From Hydrolagus colliei (Eukaryota): a DNA stretch of 64,000 bases. Position numbers and translations under genes: made by a program. Of the stretch, positions 1-10,624 are shown piece by piece. The stretch spans positions 5,828,001 through 5,892,000 of the forward strand of contig CM068756.1 in assembly GCA_035084275.1 (NCBI GenBank). Direction: 5' to 3'. Each line of letters opens with the position of its first letter. The first letter of the stretch is position 1. Under the pieces are notes generated by a model that searched no databases, was not told the origin of the DNA, and saw only the letters and a list, made by a program, of their open reading frames with translations.

Positions 1-1959
1 TTAAACTGAGATCTGACGTACGGACTTTCGCAAATCTTGCCCATTTGAGATCTGTTCTGCTGCATGATTGTTCACTTCTGACAAACCATATGACTCCTTC
101 TGTTCTGTGAACATTTCCCCCAATAAAGGCGTTCAACGTTCAGATTTGGATCCTGCTCAGTTTAATACGGCTTCCTCTTTGCCCACAATTGATTGTGTCG
201 TGTATGGCATCTGATTTCGCTATCGGGCTTGCGTTAGTTCAGCTGAACCCACTGAAATCATTAGTATTCTGTTTTGTACTCAACCCTATTTAGTGCCATT
301 TGAGAAATTCCACATTACGTCAGCAAGCTTAGGCTTCCTCCATTTGCTAAGCGTGAATAGTTGCTGCTGTTCTGCCAATGACCCTTTAAATGAATTCACA
401 CTTTGATCCAAGCATTTCTAGTTAGTGACCTTTCTAAGTAGAACGCCAATCACGGTTTATGGATTTCACATATCTCGAACTATAGATCAGACCACGCAAA
501 CATAGAAACCAGTAATAAATCACATCATCTGCAGTCATTTCCCAGTCATCTATTATATTGTTCGTATGCAAATGTTTGCTGACTGACTCTTTGACAATCC
601 AGAAATAATTGTTTGCAAGGCGGGTTTCGTGAAAAGGGAAGAAATTCAACAAATTGAGGCTTTGCCCAGCCCTTTACAGTTTGCTATACTGTATTTACTT
701 CTGTACCCATTGTGTTATTTTTTGTTCACCTACCTAATGTCGAGGGTTTGCTTCATTTTTATGCTCTCTTTGTTTTGCAGCCAACAATCTTTGCTGTTAT
801 GAATACTCACTCAATAGCTGCAGAAAGATAATGGCATTTCTAACATACTTTCAAAGGGCCTTTTTTAAAAAAAACGAAAGATGTATTTAGTATTTTTAAT
901 AAGTGTCTTCACTACTATTGAGTCAGTTTCTTTGTTCATATCAGAAGATTAATTATGCTGTCAGGCACTTTCAAGGCCTGCTTAACAAAGATTCAGTGAT
1001 ATAATGCTTTGCTTTGCAATGCCTTTTTTTTCTGCATAGCAATCAAAATCACCACTAGAAACTGTAAAATTCATTCCAGACCGGAAGTGCATTCGCACCT
1101 TATTAGGTAACAACGGTAACAAAGTAGCAAACAATTTGTTCTCAGGTTCAGATGCTACATCCGCACACATCATTAAAAACATTTATTTCTATATGTATTT
1201 ATGTTTGGGTCTCATCCTCTGCTAGTGTGGTCATAAAGCAATGTTGATGGATTGCACGAATGCGAGCAAATCGTATTAGTTTATAACTATGGAGCATAAA
1301 GACCAACAACTGAAATAAGGATTTAAATTTAAAAAATCTTCCATTTAGCTCCCTCCACATTATATTTACCACCCATCAGCACCGACACTTATGAGCAGCA
1401 GACTTCCCCTTTTTTGGTTCTTTCTCCATTAATTTGCACACTAATCATGATATAATCTACATACTGTGGACATGCTAGTAAAACTTGAAAACCCACATCA
1501 ATCAATAAAATCCTTTCCCTGAAGAAAACCTATTTACGGAGAGGGTGTTGATTAATGAACAGCCAAGTTTAAAACATTTCTATATTTATTTGGATGTTCC
1601 AAATAGACACTGCTGCAAACAGTTTATCCTTTCATATTTAAAAAAATAACAAACAGAATTGTTGTTTTACGAAGCACAGGACTGTCTCCTAGTTTAGCAA
1701 TCCTTATGACACATGTGATGAACCAGTTTGGTCATTGTATAACTGAGTTGTGTCGTAGGGTGTGGCCATAAAGTAATAGGAATCCATCTTGTCTGCAGGA
1801 AGCCAGGTGCCCTCCACTGATCAGTTTATAGAAGAGATTGCGATCACTGCAGAGACTGTTCATTGTATTTAATCCTCATACATATCTGGTATAGCTGGGT
1901 GGAGCACTGCAGAGAATGTTGATTTTTTAAATGTCTGTACATGTCATATATAACAAAAA

Positions 1960-2235
1960 ATCACAAGATGAAGGTTTGGATGAAAAAAGGCCCTTTTGTC
2001 CATCTGCCCAACAGTCACCCTACCATTCCTCAGCGGCTTGGGATGTCCTCCCGACGTAAAAGGCACTATACAAATCTTTTGTTATTGTTGTTGTTGTTCA
2101 CCCCACTATCATTCACAGCGTCAAGCTAATTTTTAAATGAATATGGAGTATAATACTTCCTTCCTCTAACCTCAGTAAAACACCGCATACACTACTGGGA
2201 AGAGCGTTTCCATTCCCCACACCAGCCACTCTTAT
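1960..2235 (-). mobile_element. Degraded CR1-type LINE 3' end, interrupted by an L2 tail
   Basis: aaggcccttttgtccatc and actactgggaagagcgtttccattccccacacc resemble the antisense of a CR1 3' region (recalled consensus); highly diverged. Confidence 0.35.
2031..2098 (+). mobile_element. Isolated L2 3' tail (stem-loop plus (TGT)n)
   Basis: cagcggcttgggatgtcctcccgacgtaaaaggcactatacaaat...ttgttgttgtt aligns by eye with the 3' end of the L2 at 4232-4993. Confidence 0.85.
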
Positions 2236-2904
2236 GACTTTCCCGAGGGAGGTTCTGGCAAGAGGGAGTCAACCAATGCTGAATTACAAAGGCTTTATGC
2301 ACAACACAAAGGCAGCGTTTTGGGAAATTAGTCAAAATGATTCTCAATTGCTTAACAACTCATAGGCATCACTCAGAGAGAGAGCCCTTTCATCCAGTCA
2401 ATCAGGACTAATTCTGAACTAAAATGACACATGAAATGGCAGTGTAGTGTCTCACTGCAACATCCAATCTCTTGGTTTAAAGTTTAACTTTATGCAGGGC
2501 CCCAGGGTCACTCAAATCGTAAAATCCTAAATCCACAAGTGCCTGCCTCTTTTTACTAACTTCATGTAAGAACTTTGAATTTCATCTCCCTTTCAAATAC
2601 ATAAGACTTTTTCACACTTTAGGCTTTCTTACGTTCCTTAAGGCTGATCAGAATTATACCAAATCACATCTGGAGTTCAAACGAATGACCTTTATTGGGT
2701 CATTGCAACATTAACTGTTGCATTTCAAAAGAGTTCCACGAGTTCACATGCTGTGAATGTTACAGTAGTGATCAAAGCTTTAAAGGAGTTACAATGGACA
2801 GAAAGGGAGCAAATGAAACGACTGTAGTAAACAAAATGCTTAAGTTATACCTGATTGCAAAATAAAGGCAATTCAAAGGATATTGACTCAATACACAGAG
2901 TTAA

Positions 2905-2973
2905 CAGCGCCTTGGGACATCCTCCCGATGTGAAAGGAGCTCTATAAATGCAATTTTGTTTGTTGTTGTTGTT
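2905..2973 (+). mobile_element. Isolated L2 3' tail
   Basis: cagcgccttgggacatcctcccgatgtgaaaggagctctataaatgcaattttgtttgttgttgttgtt matches the same tail. Confidence 0.85.
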
Positions 2974-4170
2974 AACACAGTGTACATCAGTGAATAAACT
3001 GCAACAAAGCAAAGCGCTTTGGCAAGAGCTTTATTCCAAGCACATGGCACATATTCACATGAGAAGACAAAATCTGAGTTATAAGAGAAAAGTTTTGAAG
3101 CATTTTCAGAAAATTAAACAGTGGGTATCAAACTAGAAACAATGCTTTGTGGGATTTATTCACAAGCGTCAATTATCAATAATTCAGACTTGTTCTACTT
3201 CTTACAGGTTTAATTGTATATAATGATGAGTGTGAATTTTTAACAATTTGAATGTCGTAAAACTATCACACAGGGAGGATTTGACATTTCTTTCTTGGTT
3301 AAGAACTTAGACCTCTTTTTGTCAATGGTTCAAATTTAGATTCTGAAATTGGATTAATTCCTGTTTTTTTTTGTGTTCTTTGGAATAGCCAATGTTCTCT
3401 GTGTGACAAAGAGGAATTAATAGGCGAGCAAATTTTTACACAGCACAAGAGGAGATGTGATGTTTTTGCTAGACTAGTGCAGGGCTGTTACACAGTGAGA
3501 GAAGCATTCACAAATGTGTGACAGAATTTATTTCACTGCTGTGAAATATCAGTATGTTAGCAGGTGTACAATGAAAAATATGTATTGTAAACCTCAATGA
3601 TATGAACATTTCCCATTGCAGGTTGATTCACCGTGTGGAAAGTCAGACCCAATTTGCTGGCCGGGTGTGAACTGAAGCAGAATTAATTTAAAACTTAAAG
3701 AACAGATGACTGTATCATTGCTGGTTTGCTACTGTGATTGTTTTGCTTATTGTCATAAACCAGTGCCTTTGTACCAGTCTTTTTAACAACGCATCACTAC
3801 CGCACAATTTTAGTTGGTAAATGCAAATGGTTAAATACCACAGATGTCTGTGTGTTCCAAGCATCAGTCTTACAGTAATAGAACCTTGATGTAGCAAAGA
3901 ATACATTCTTTGTATGGTACACCTCAAAAGGCAACAGTCAGAGGCATTTATGATCTCAGTAACTAGCATTTCAGCGTAACAGGCCTCTACATTTGACACA
4001 TTCTAACCCAAGAGAGAAGTGACCCAGTGAGACAATGCCATAGGACAAGTGGACCGAATCTAGTCACAAGAAATATCAGGGTCATAAGATATTGCAAATG
4101 AAGTCATAGTAACTGGTGTACAGAGCCAATCAGCACAGCAAAAACCTGTAAATGAATATGATAATTAGTC

Positions 4171-4231
4171 ATATATATATATAAATATATATTTAAATAT
4201 ACACATATATATTATATATGTATATAATATA
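4171..4231. repeat. (TA)n microsatellite, left flank of L2
   Basis: Imperfect TA dinucleotide run seen directly. Confidence 0.9.
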
Positions 4232-4993
4232 GCCAGTCAGGAACCTCGGCATCACGTTCGACCAAAAACTCTCCTTCCTCCCCCACATCCGTGCCTTGAC
4301 CGGCACCGCTTACTTCCACCTGCGCAACATTGCCAGGCTCCGCAATTATCTTACCCCCCGCGCTGCCGAAACACTCGTGCACGCGTACATCACCTCAAGG
4401 CTGGACTACGGAAACTCTCTCCTCGTCGGCCTCCCCAGTTCCTCCATTCACAGGCTGCAGGTCATCCAAAACTCTGCAGCCCGTGTATTATCCCGCACCC
4501 GCCTCCGCGACCATATAACCCCCACCCTCGCCCGTCTCCACTGGCTCCCCATCCTCCAGAGGATCGAGTTCAAGATCCTCGTCCTCACCTTCAAGGCCTT
4601 ACATGGCCTTGCCCCGCCCTATTTAACCAATTTACTCTCCCCCTACAAGCCCACCCGGACCCTCCATTCAGCAGGACTTGGCCTGCTCCAAGCCCCCCGC
4701 CCGAACCGCCCCACCATCGGAGGCCGGGCCTTCAGTTTTTTTGCTCCCACCCTATGGAATTCCATCCCCCAATCCCTCCATCTCGTTTCTTCCCTTTCCT
4801 CTTTCAAGGCCGGTTTGAAGACTTTCCTCTTCAACCGTGCCTTTTGTTCCACCCCGAATTTTTCGACCTCCCCTACTTGTTTCACCCCTTCCCGTACACT
4901 CCCCTCCCAGCTCGGGTCACACGCCTCCTGTGCAGTGCCTTGGGACGTCCTCCTGACGTGAAAGGTGCTTTATAAGTGTAATTTGTTGTTGTT
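4232..4993 (+). mobile_element. Young 5'-truncated L2-clade LINE (ORF2 C-terminus plus 3' tail)
   Basis: Open frame 4233-4961: PVRNLGITFDQKLSF...AYFHLRNIARLR...SRLDYGNSLL...LHWLPI..RIEFKIL...GGRAFS..APTLWNSIP...FKAGLKTFLF, typical L2 RT C-terminal motifs. GC- and CpG-rich; ends in a stem-loop and (TGT)n. Confidence 0.95.
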
Positions 4994-5030
4994 ATATATA
5001 TATATATATACACATATATATATATATATA
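4994..5030. repeat. (TA)n microsatellite, right flank of L2
   Basis: TA run seen directly; contains the same tatacacatatat interruption as the left flank. Confidence 0.9.
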
Positions 5031-8004
5031 AAATGCTTTAGCTGGATGTTAGGGGAACTGGTAATGAAATGAATGAATGGATATAACAAAAAAGGGATTC
5101 TCTGAGACTCCAGCAAATACCAGAACAAGAAATAAATCTAATTAACAAAATGGAAAACATGTCCATAACTAGAACAAATCTCACTGTGACTGACCGGTGC
5201 AGAAACACTTTATAGCTTAAGCTTCATGTTAGATACAAATTGCACTTGCTTTCTGAACAGATCAAATGTGGTTAAGTCTGAATAATATCTATTAAAACAT
5301 AGTTGCAGGGCAAGAGTGAAAAGCTATGATTGTCTGTTTGTCTCAATAAAAGACTTTGCAGACAAGACTTTGAATGACTTCCAGGAAAGCAGCATTTACA
5401 AGCTTGATCAATAAAATGCCCCACATCTTAAGGACGTTAATTAATAGTTAAGATTAAACAAAATCAGATATACTCAGGTATTTTCTTTTAATAAAAGGTC
5501 AGAGAGGTTTCATGGCAGCAATATTTTAACAGAATTACGGAGGCACAATTTACGGGATTCCTTAATCTGTTCCTTGGGTAAATGAAGAGATACATGAAAT
5601 GTAGCCCTTCATTCTTGAACAATTGTAACTCAGTTTACTTTTGGGAATTTAAACTTTCTTATGAACAGTCTTTTGAGGCATTCATGCTGTGATTTGGCCA
5701 CAACAGCCCACAACTTACCTGCATTATCGTTGAGCAGGCACACTGAACAAAAATGATGGTCGAGCTATAACAATTAGTGTTTGGAAAAGTAATACGCCTT
5801 CGTTCCTTTTTGCATTTCCATGCTCATTATTATTAAGATGACAAACAATAAATTAATCCTAAATAATGAAACATTTGCACATAAAAAATAGGTTGCTGAA
5901 GTTTTTTTTTCCTAATGAAACATTCAACCCATAGCCTGTTATCTGCTGTACATTATTCATTTTACAGGACTGTCAAATATTTTGAGGCTAAGAGCTGGAA
6001 ATATGCTAAAAATATTTCTGTAATAATTTTGGTTAGCCCTTACTGCTGTGGCTGTTTTAAATTAAGCATTAAGTCAATACTGAAAGTTTTGAGAGTGACG
6101 ATAACGACTATTTTCATGGGAATTAGAAAATAAAACAACCAGGTCATATATGATGCCCAGTGATGGCAACAGTGTTTCTGAAGGCTTTTAAAAATCTTCA
6201 GAATATTTTGTTCACTTCAAATGCTCTAATTGCATAACAATGAATTCTGGGAAAAACTTCATTTAAATCTGCGGTAAATACAGCATTTTTTTATTATCAA
6301 TCACTAGACACAAACCCTAATGTAGCATTGGAATCCATATGTAAACACACAGATGTGATCAACTAAACACTTCAGTCTACAGGTATCTGGCAGTGAAGGG
6401 GAGCTGTCAATCGTAAGCAGTAACTGGGGAAAGGAACAATAAGATATTTATTTAATTGCCTCAACACTGGCAGTTATCAGAATACATAGCTATTAAATAA
6501 TTATGTTTTTACTCGTTTCTGGATAAAATTATTTCACAAACATACATTGTATTCAATAAAAGAGAGTGTAGCCTTTAAACAAATATTAATATCAGCAAAG
6601 TAGGAATAAATAGTTCCATTTGTCTAAATCTGCAAAATACCTACATTGGATATACTGTCATTAAACTGTACATTTAGGTGCCAGCAGTATGCAGTTGCAG
6701 AATTTGTAAAATTATTATAAAGAAAATGAGATCTCATGGATCAGAGCTTGCTTTTTATCCTGACCCAAGATTAAGCCAGACAAGAGGTGCAGTTGTGAAA
6801 GGTGAAAGCTGAAATAAGTTTCAGTGATTTGGTGAATGAACATCATTTCACAGCATTTTTGTGCTATATTGGCTTGGAGGGAGGGCCTTTTATTTCAATA
6901 TGCATAGTCTCATTCCCAGAAAAAGATAAGAATCTTACCATCAGCCAGTCAAGAGTGCAACAAACTTGTTATTCGATGCACAAAGCTTCATATTAAGAGA
7001 GCATACCTTAAAATTCCCGATACTGTATCACACACTGGAATATGTTAAAAGGGAACCTATTCCCTGTTCTTTCATACCGTCTCTTATTTCTCCACTCACA
7101 GCACTCAGCACTCAGAACACTCTGAGGTCACTAACTCCATGGGGAGTTTGCACCCTGCACATCGGCATGCCAAGTGTTTAAATCAATGAGCTAGCAGGAA
7201 ATGTTGTCCTATGTAACACTTGTGCCCGTGACACAATCCTCATTTAATGAATTCAGCTTTTGCCATGGGAGCGAAAGAGTCATGCAGCTACCACAGTAAA
7301 CCCTGTGGAGTTAGTGGCCACGGAGTGTTCTCACTGAAGTGCAGTATTATCTAAATGGGCAGAAGAGCAATTGTGGAAGAATTGACCCTTCACCACGAGG
7401 GTTATTTAGGTTCCTCTTTAAACAGGGACCCTATAAATAATTTGACATACAAATATTTGTCATAAATATTCATGGGCTAGTTATTGATTTTGAACAAACC
7501 TGTGCTCAAAAACATATAAATGGTCATTTGGCTTAAAAATAAATGGTGAATCTGTATAAAATCAGCTTAACCAGTGTACAGCCTCCTTTGGAGTCTAGAA
7601 AGCTAACTAAATAAAAACAATTTGCAGAGGAGTGGAGGGATTTAAACACAAGAGTGAAGATCTTGTAGTCGATCCGCTCTGTGACAGGGAGCCAGAGCAG
7701 TTTGGCAAGGACAAGAGTAATCGGGGTATGACGTTTAGTGCGGATGAGAATGAGATATTAACAAAATAAAGCACAATAACAACCCCTGCCCTGAAAGGTT
7801 TAATAAGGTCTCCTTAGAGCTGAGCAGCTTCAACTGAATCAAGTCAACTCTCTGTGGTGGGCAACACTCTTATCGATTCCTAAGGCAGATGGGTCCTTAG
7901 TACTCCAGGGCACTGCCGATGACAAACCAGCCAGCCTGGCAAGACTTGGAGGGACAGACATGTCAATAGGAGCAGAGTTTCTTCCCACTCAGGTCCTGTT
8001 AACC

Positions 8005-8076
8005 CTGCAAGCCAAAACACTAATGGGCTGGGGTGTCCTGGATGGGCAAACCACTGGAAGCTAGCCAGACAGTGCT
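8005..8076 (+). mobile_element. Possible degenerate 5S rRNA-derived SINE head
   Basis: aagccaa...gggctggggtgtcctggatgggcaaacc loosely resembles the 5S internal control region (aagctaag...gggcctggttagtacttggatgggagacc). Weak. Confidence 0.2.
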
Positions 8077-8511
8077 CTCTCTCTCTCTCAATGGCAAACT
8101 GTGTTTTTAACCACTTGAAATCTAGCAGTACCCTCAATGCACACAGTGGGAGCACAAGCCTCGACTCTTGGTTATGTGTGCCAAACACTCTCTGGAAATA
8201 GGTAAAGAGGTTCCCTCCAGGACGAGAGCACGCATTCCTTCCATTTGCTGGTTGTATTTTATTATTCAAGGAGGAGAAGGTTGAAAGATAAGTTAGAGGG
8301 TAAGAGCAGGTGATTGATGGCCTTAGATTGTATTTGCATTACTGACTTATGTAAAGGCGAATTGTGGCTTAAAAAAAAGATTCCTGAGGCCCAGCTGGCA
8401 ATTGGTGTTCATGTAGATTTCTGGCTGTTGAGTGTGAGACAGTTTCATTTGTTCAAATTCTTTTATGGATTCTGCAAAAAAAATCTGTATTAAATGCTCT
8501 GAGGATCTGAT

Positions 8512-8695
8512 TAATAATAATAATTCTTGCATTTGATATAATGTTTTCCATGTCTTCTAGACATCTCAAAGTGTTTCACAGAATATGCTGTAAAGTTAAT
8601 CAACTGTAAATATGGCGGCAAAACGTGGCAGCCAATTGTGCATAGCATAGCAGTGTCCCACAAACAGTCATGGATTAAAATGAACAATTTATTAC
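8512..8695 (-). mobile_element. Deu-domain SINE 3' part with L2-type tail
   Basis: Reverse complement reads ...tgtttgtgggacactgct...caattggctgccacgttt...gtgaaacactttgagatgtctagaagac...tatcaaatgcaagaattattatt; collinear with 28930-29129 and 58770-58983. Confidence 0.85.
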
Positions 8696-9029
8696 TTTTT
8701 TTACACCATTATTAACCATTAGCACAGGGTCATTTAATGCTTTACCTTGCAATGTCCTGATCAGTTACATAACTTACAAACAAGACCGTTCAAAGGAAAG
8801 TTACAACTTACTCCATAACCAAAATTGACTTAATCACATGATTTCTCCCTTATAGATCCATCATAATGTTCTCTTTGTGCATTGGGATGGAATTTTTAAA
8901 TATATATTAGTGTATAAATGAGAAGAAGCTCTACCTGGAATGGAATAAATATACGCTGCACCTCTTAGGAAAGCTGACATCCCTCTCTGCTTTTAGTCGT
9001 TTATGAAAATGTGCCGACCAGAAGGCAGA

Positions 9030-9280
9030 AGCTGAGTTCGGCTTTTACACCTTTGACTAATGAAAAGAAGAATCATTCAGCAATGCCTGCTCCTAATCTC
9101 TATCCCATGAGCATTTCTGGAAAGGCTGTGACTGTTGTGACTGTTAGATTACAACCGGACTGGGTTTAGCTCTTATTCCCTTCATGGTTCAATATCAAGC
9201 CGACACACTGTCTGGATTACACACATAACTGATTGCCACTTGGGTGAGGTATCTGAGATGCCAGGCACCTTTTGTGGCAA
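9030..9280 (+). mobile_element. LF-SINE-like fragment (3' half)
   Basis: cctgctcctaatctctatccc...ctggaaag...cccttcatggttcaata...cgacacactgtct...acacat...gccacttgggtgaggta matches recalled LF-SINE motifs and the reverse complement of 57200-57320. Confidence 0.6.
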
Positions 9281-9823
9281 ACCAACCACACAGCAAGAGT
9301 TGGGCTCTTCGGGAGAAGAAAAGGAGGGGAGGAAAGTGAAGAAATTGACAAAACAATGCCACCTTTGCTCCTCCCCACCATTGGATAATGTGCACAAATA
9401 CTTGGCAATATAATTCAGGAACAAGCTGCAGTGCATAGATAAGATCTGCTATTAACAAGTCTTATTTGCACACAGTTTGAGCATGGCTTTGCTCCCATGT
9501 GCAGTGAAACTGGAACAGGGCATGGCAGAGTGCACAGAATGACCACCCAGACAGATTCCTGCTGCCTTCCTCCATCTCCCACACGGCACTAAACATTCCA
9601 ACCAGAGTAAGAACATTTGTGCTTCGAGCAAATCTCATTTTCCCATGTGCAAATAATGCTTATGCCTAATAAACTGGAGACTCTACAATCTGGGGTCTCC
9701 ATAGTTCTATATTGGTGCTGCACTCATACATTATATCAGTTGTTATCTCAGGATTGCAATCATAGCCAATCTGTGTTGAGTGTGCCTCTTTAAAGCCCCC
9801 TCCCCTTTGAGTGTTAATATATA

Positions 9824-10624
9824 CAGATACCCTGCCCCAACCGTGGCCTTGTCAACCGCTAAACTCACTTACCCACGGTTTGCTAGATGCGACAACCCCT
9901 GCTAACCACGCAATGGTTATTGCTTAACCCTTGCTTATCCACGGGTTTTAACACTAACTAGTGTTTGGCACTAGGACCCAGTTGCATCAGCCAGCATCGC
10001 GCTAGCGTCTGGCGTTAGATCCAGTTGCGATGTCGCAATCAATCAGCGAGATGTCGGTTCTCACTTAGGATTAAGGTAAATCTCTGTTGATTTCTCTCTC
10101 TCTGTCTATGTCTCTCTGTGTCTGCAGATCCTGGCAGCCAATGCTCCCAAACTTACTCCTCCTGTCAGCATGTCATTCACCATACCACCTACTGCACCCT
10201 CTCCCCCCCCCCACCCTCCACCCTCCATGTCACCCCACCCCACCTTCTGCATCACCCACCCCCCCACACCCTCCATGTCATCCACCACATCATCTTCTGC
10301 ACACCACCCCCACCACCCTCCGTGTCACATCCCCCCTCCCCCCCCACCCTCCATATCATCCACCATGTTTTCTCTCTCTTTCTGTCTGTATGTAGATCAG
10401 TCAGTCAGACAGCCTCGCGAATTGCTGCAGATCCTGGCAGCCAATGCGTCCAAATGTACTTCCCCTATCCCCATGGATGTCATAACTGTGTATGTGTTTT
10501 TTTGCGTTTGGTTCTACGAAACGCAAACTTGCTTCTCCTATTCCCTTAGGACCCTGCATTTTCCAACCACGATTTTACGGAGGTTTTCAGGGGCATATCC
10601 CCCGCGGTTGGGGAGGGATACCTG
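9824..10624. mobile_element. Non-autonomous Tc1/mariner (Tigger/pogo-like) DNA transposon, MITE
   Basis: TA on both sides (9822-9823, 10625-10626). Imperfect TIRs CAGATACCCTGCCCCAACCGTGG and CAGGTATCCCTCCCCAACCGCGG (reverse complement). Subterminal ttacccacgg/ttatccacgg repeats; no transposase ORF. Confidence 0.8.
10180..10368. repeat. C-rich low-complexity repeat (ccaccctccatgtca-like units) inside the MITE
   Basis: Repeated caccctccatgtca/caccctccgtgtca/caccctccatatca units; source of the Pro/His-rich spurious ORFs. Confidence 0.85.

Noticed and set aside
1040-1106. Possible small exon (tttctgcatag| ... ttag|gtaaca)
   Set aside because: Splice signals are mediocre and neither open frame resembles a protein I recognise.
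4330-4975. Alternative-frame and antisense ORFs over the L2 (also 57320-57829, 59204-59539)
   Set aside because: Shadow ORFs of GC-rich L2 coding sequence.
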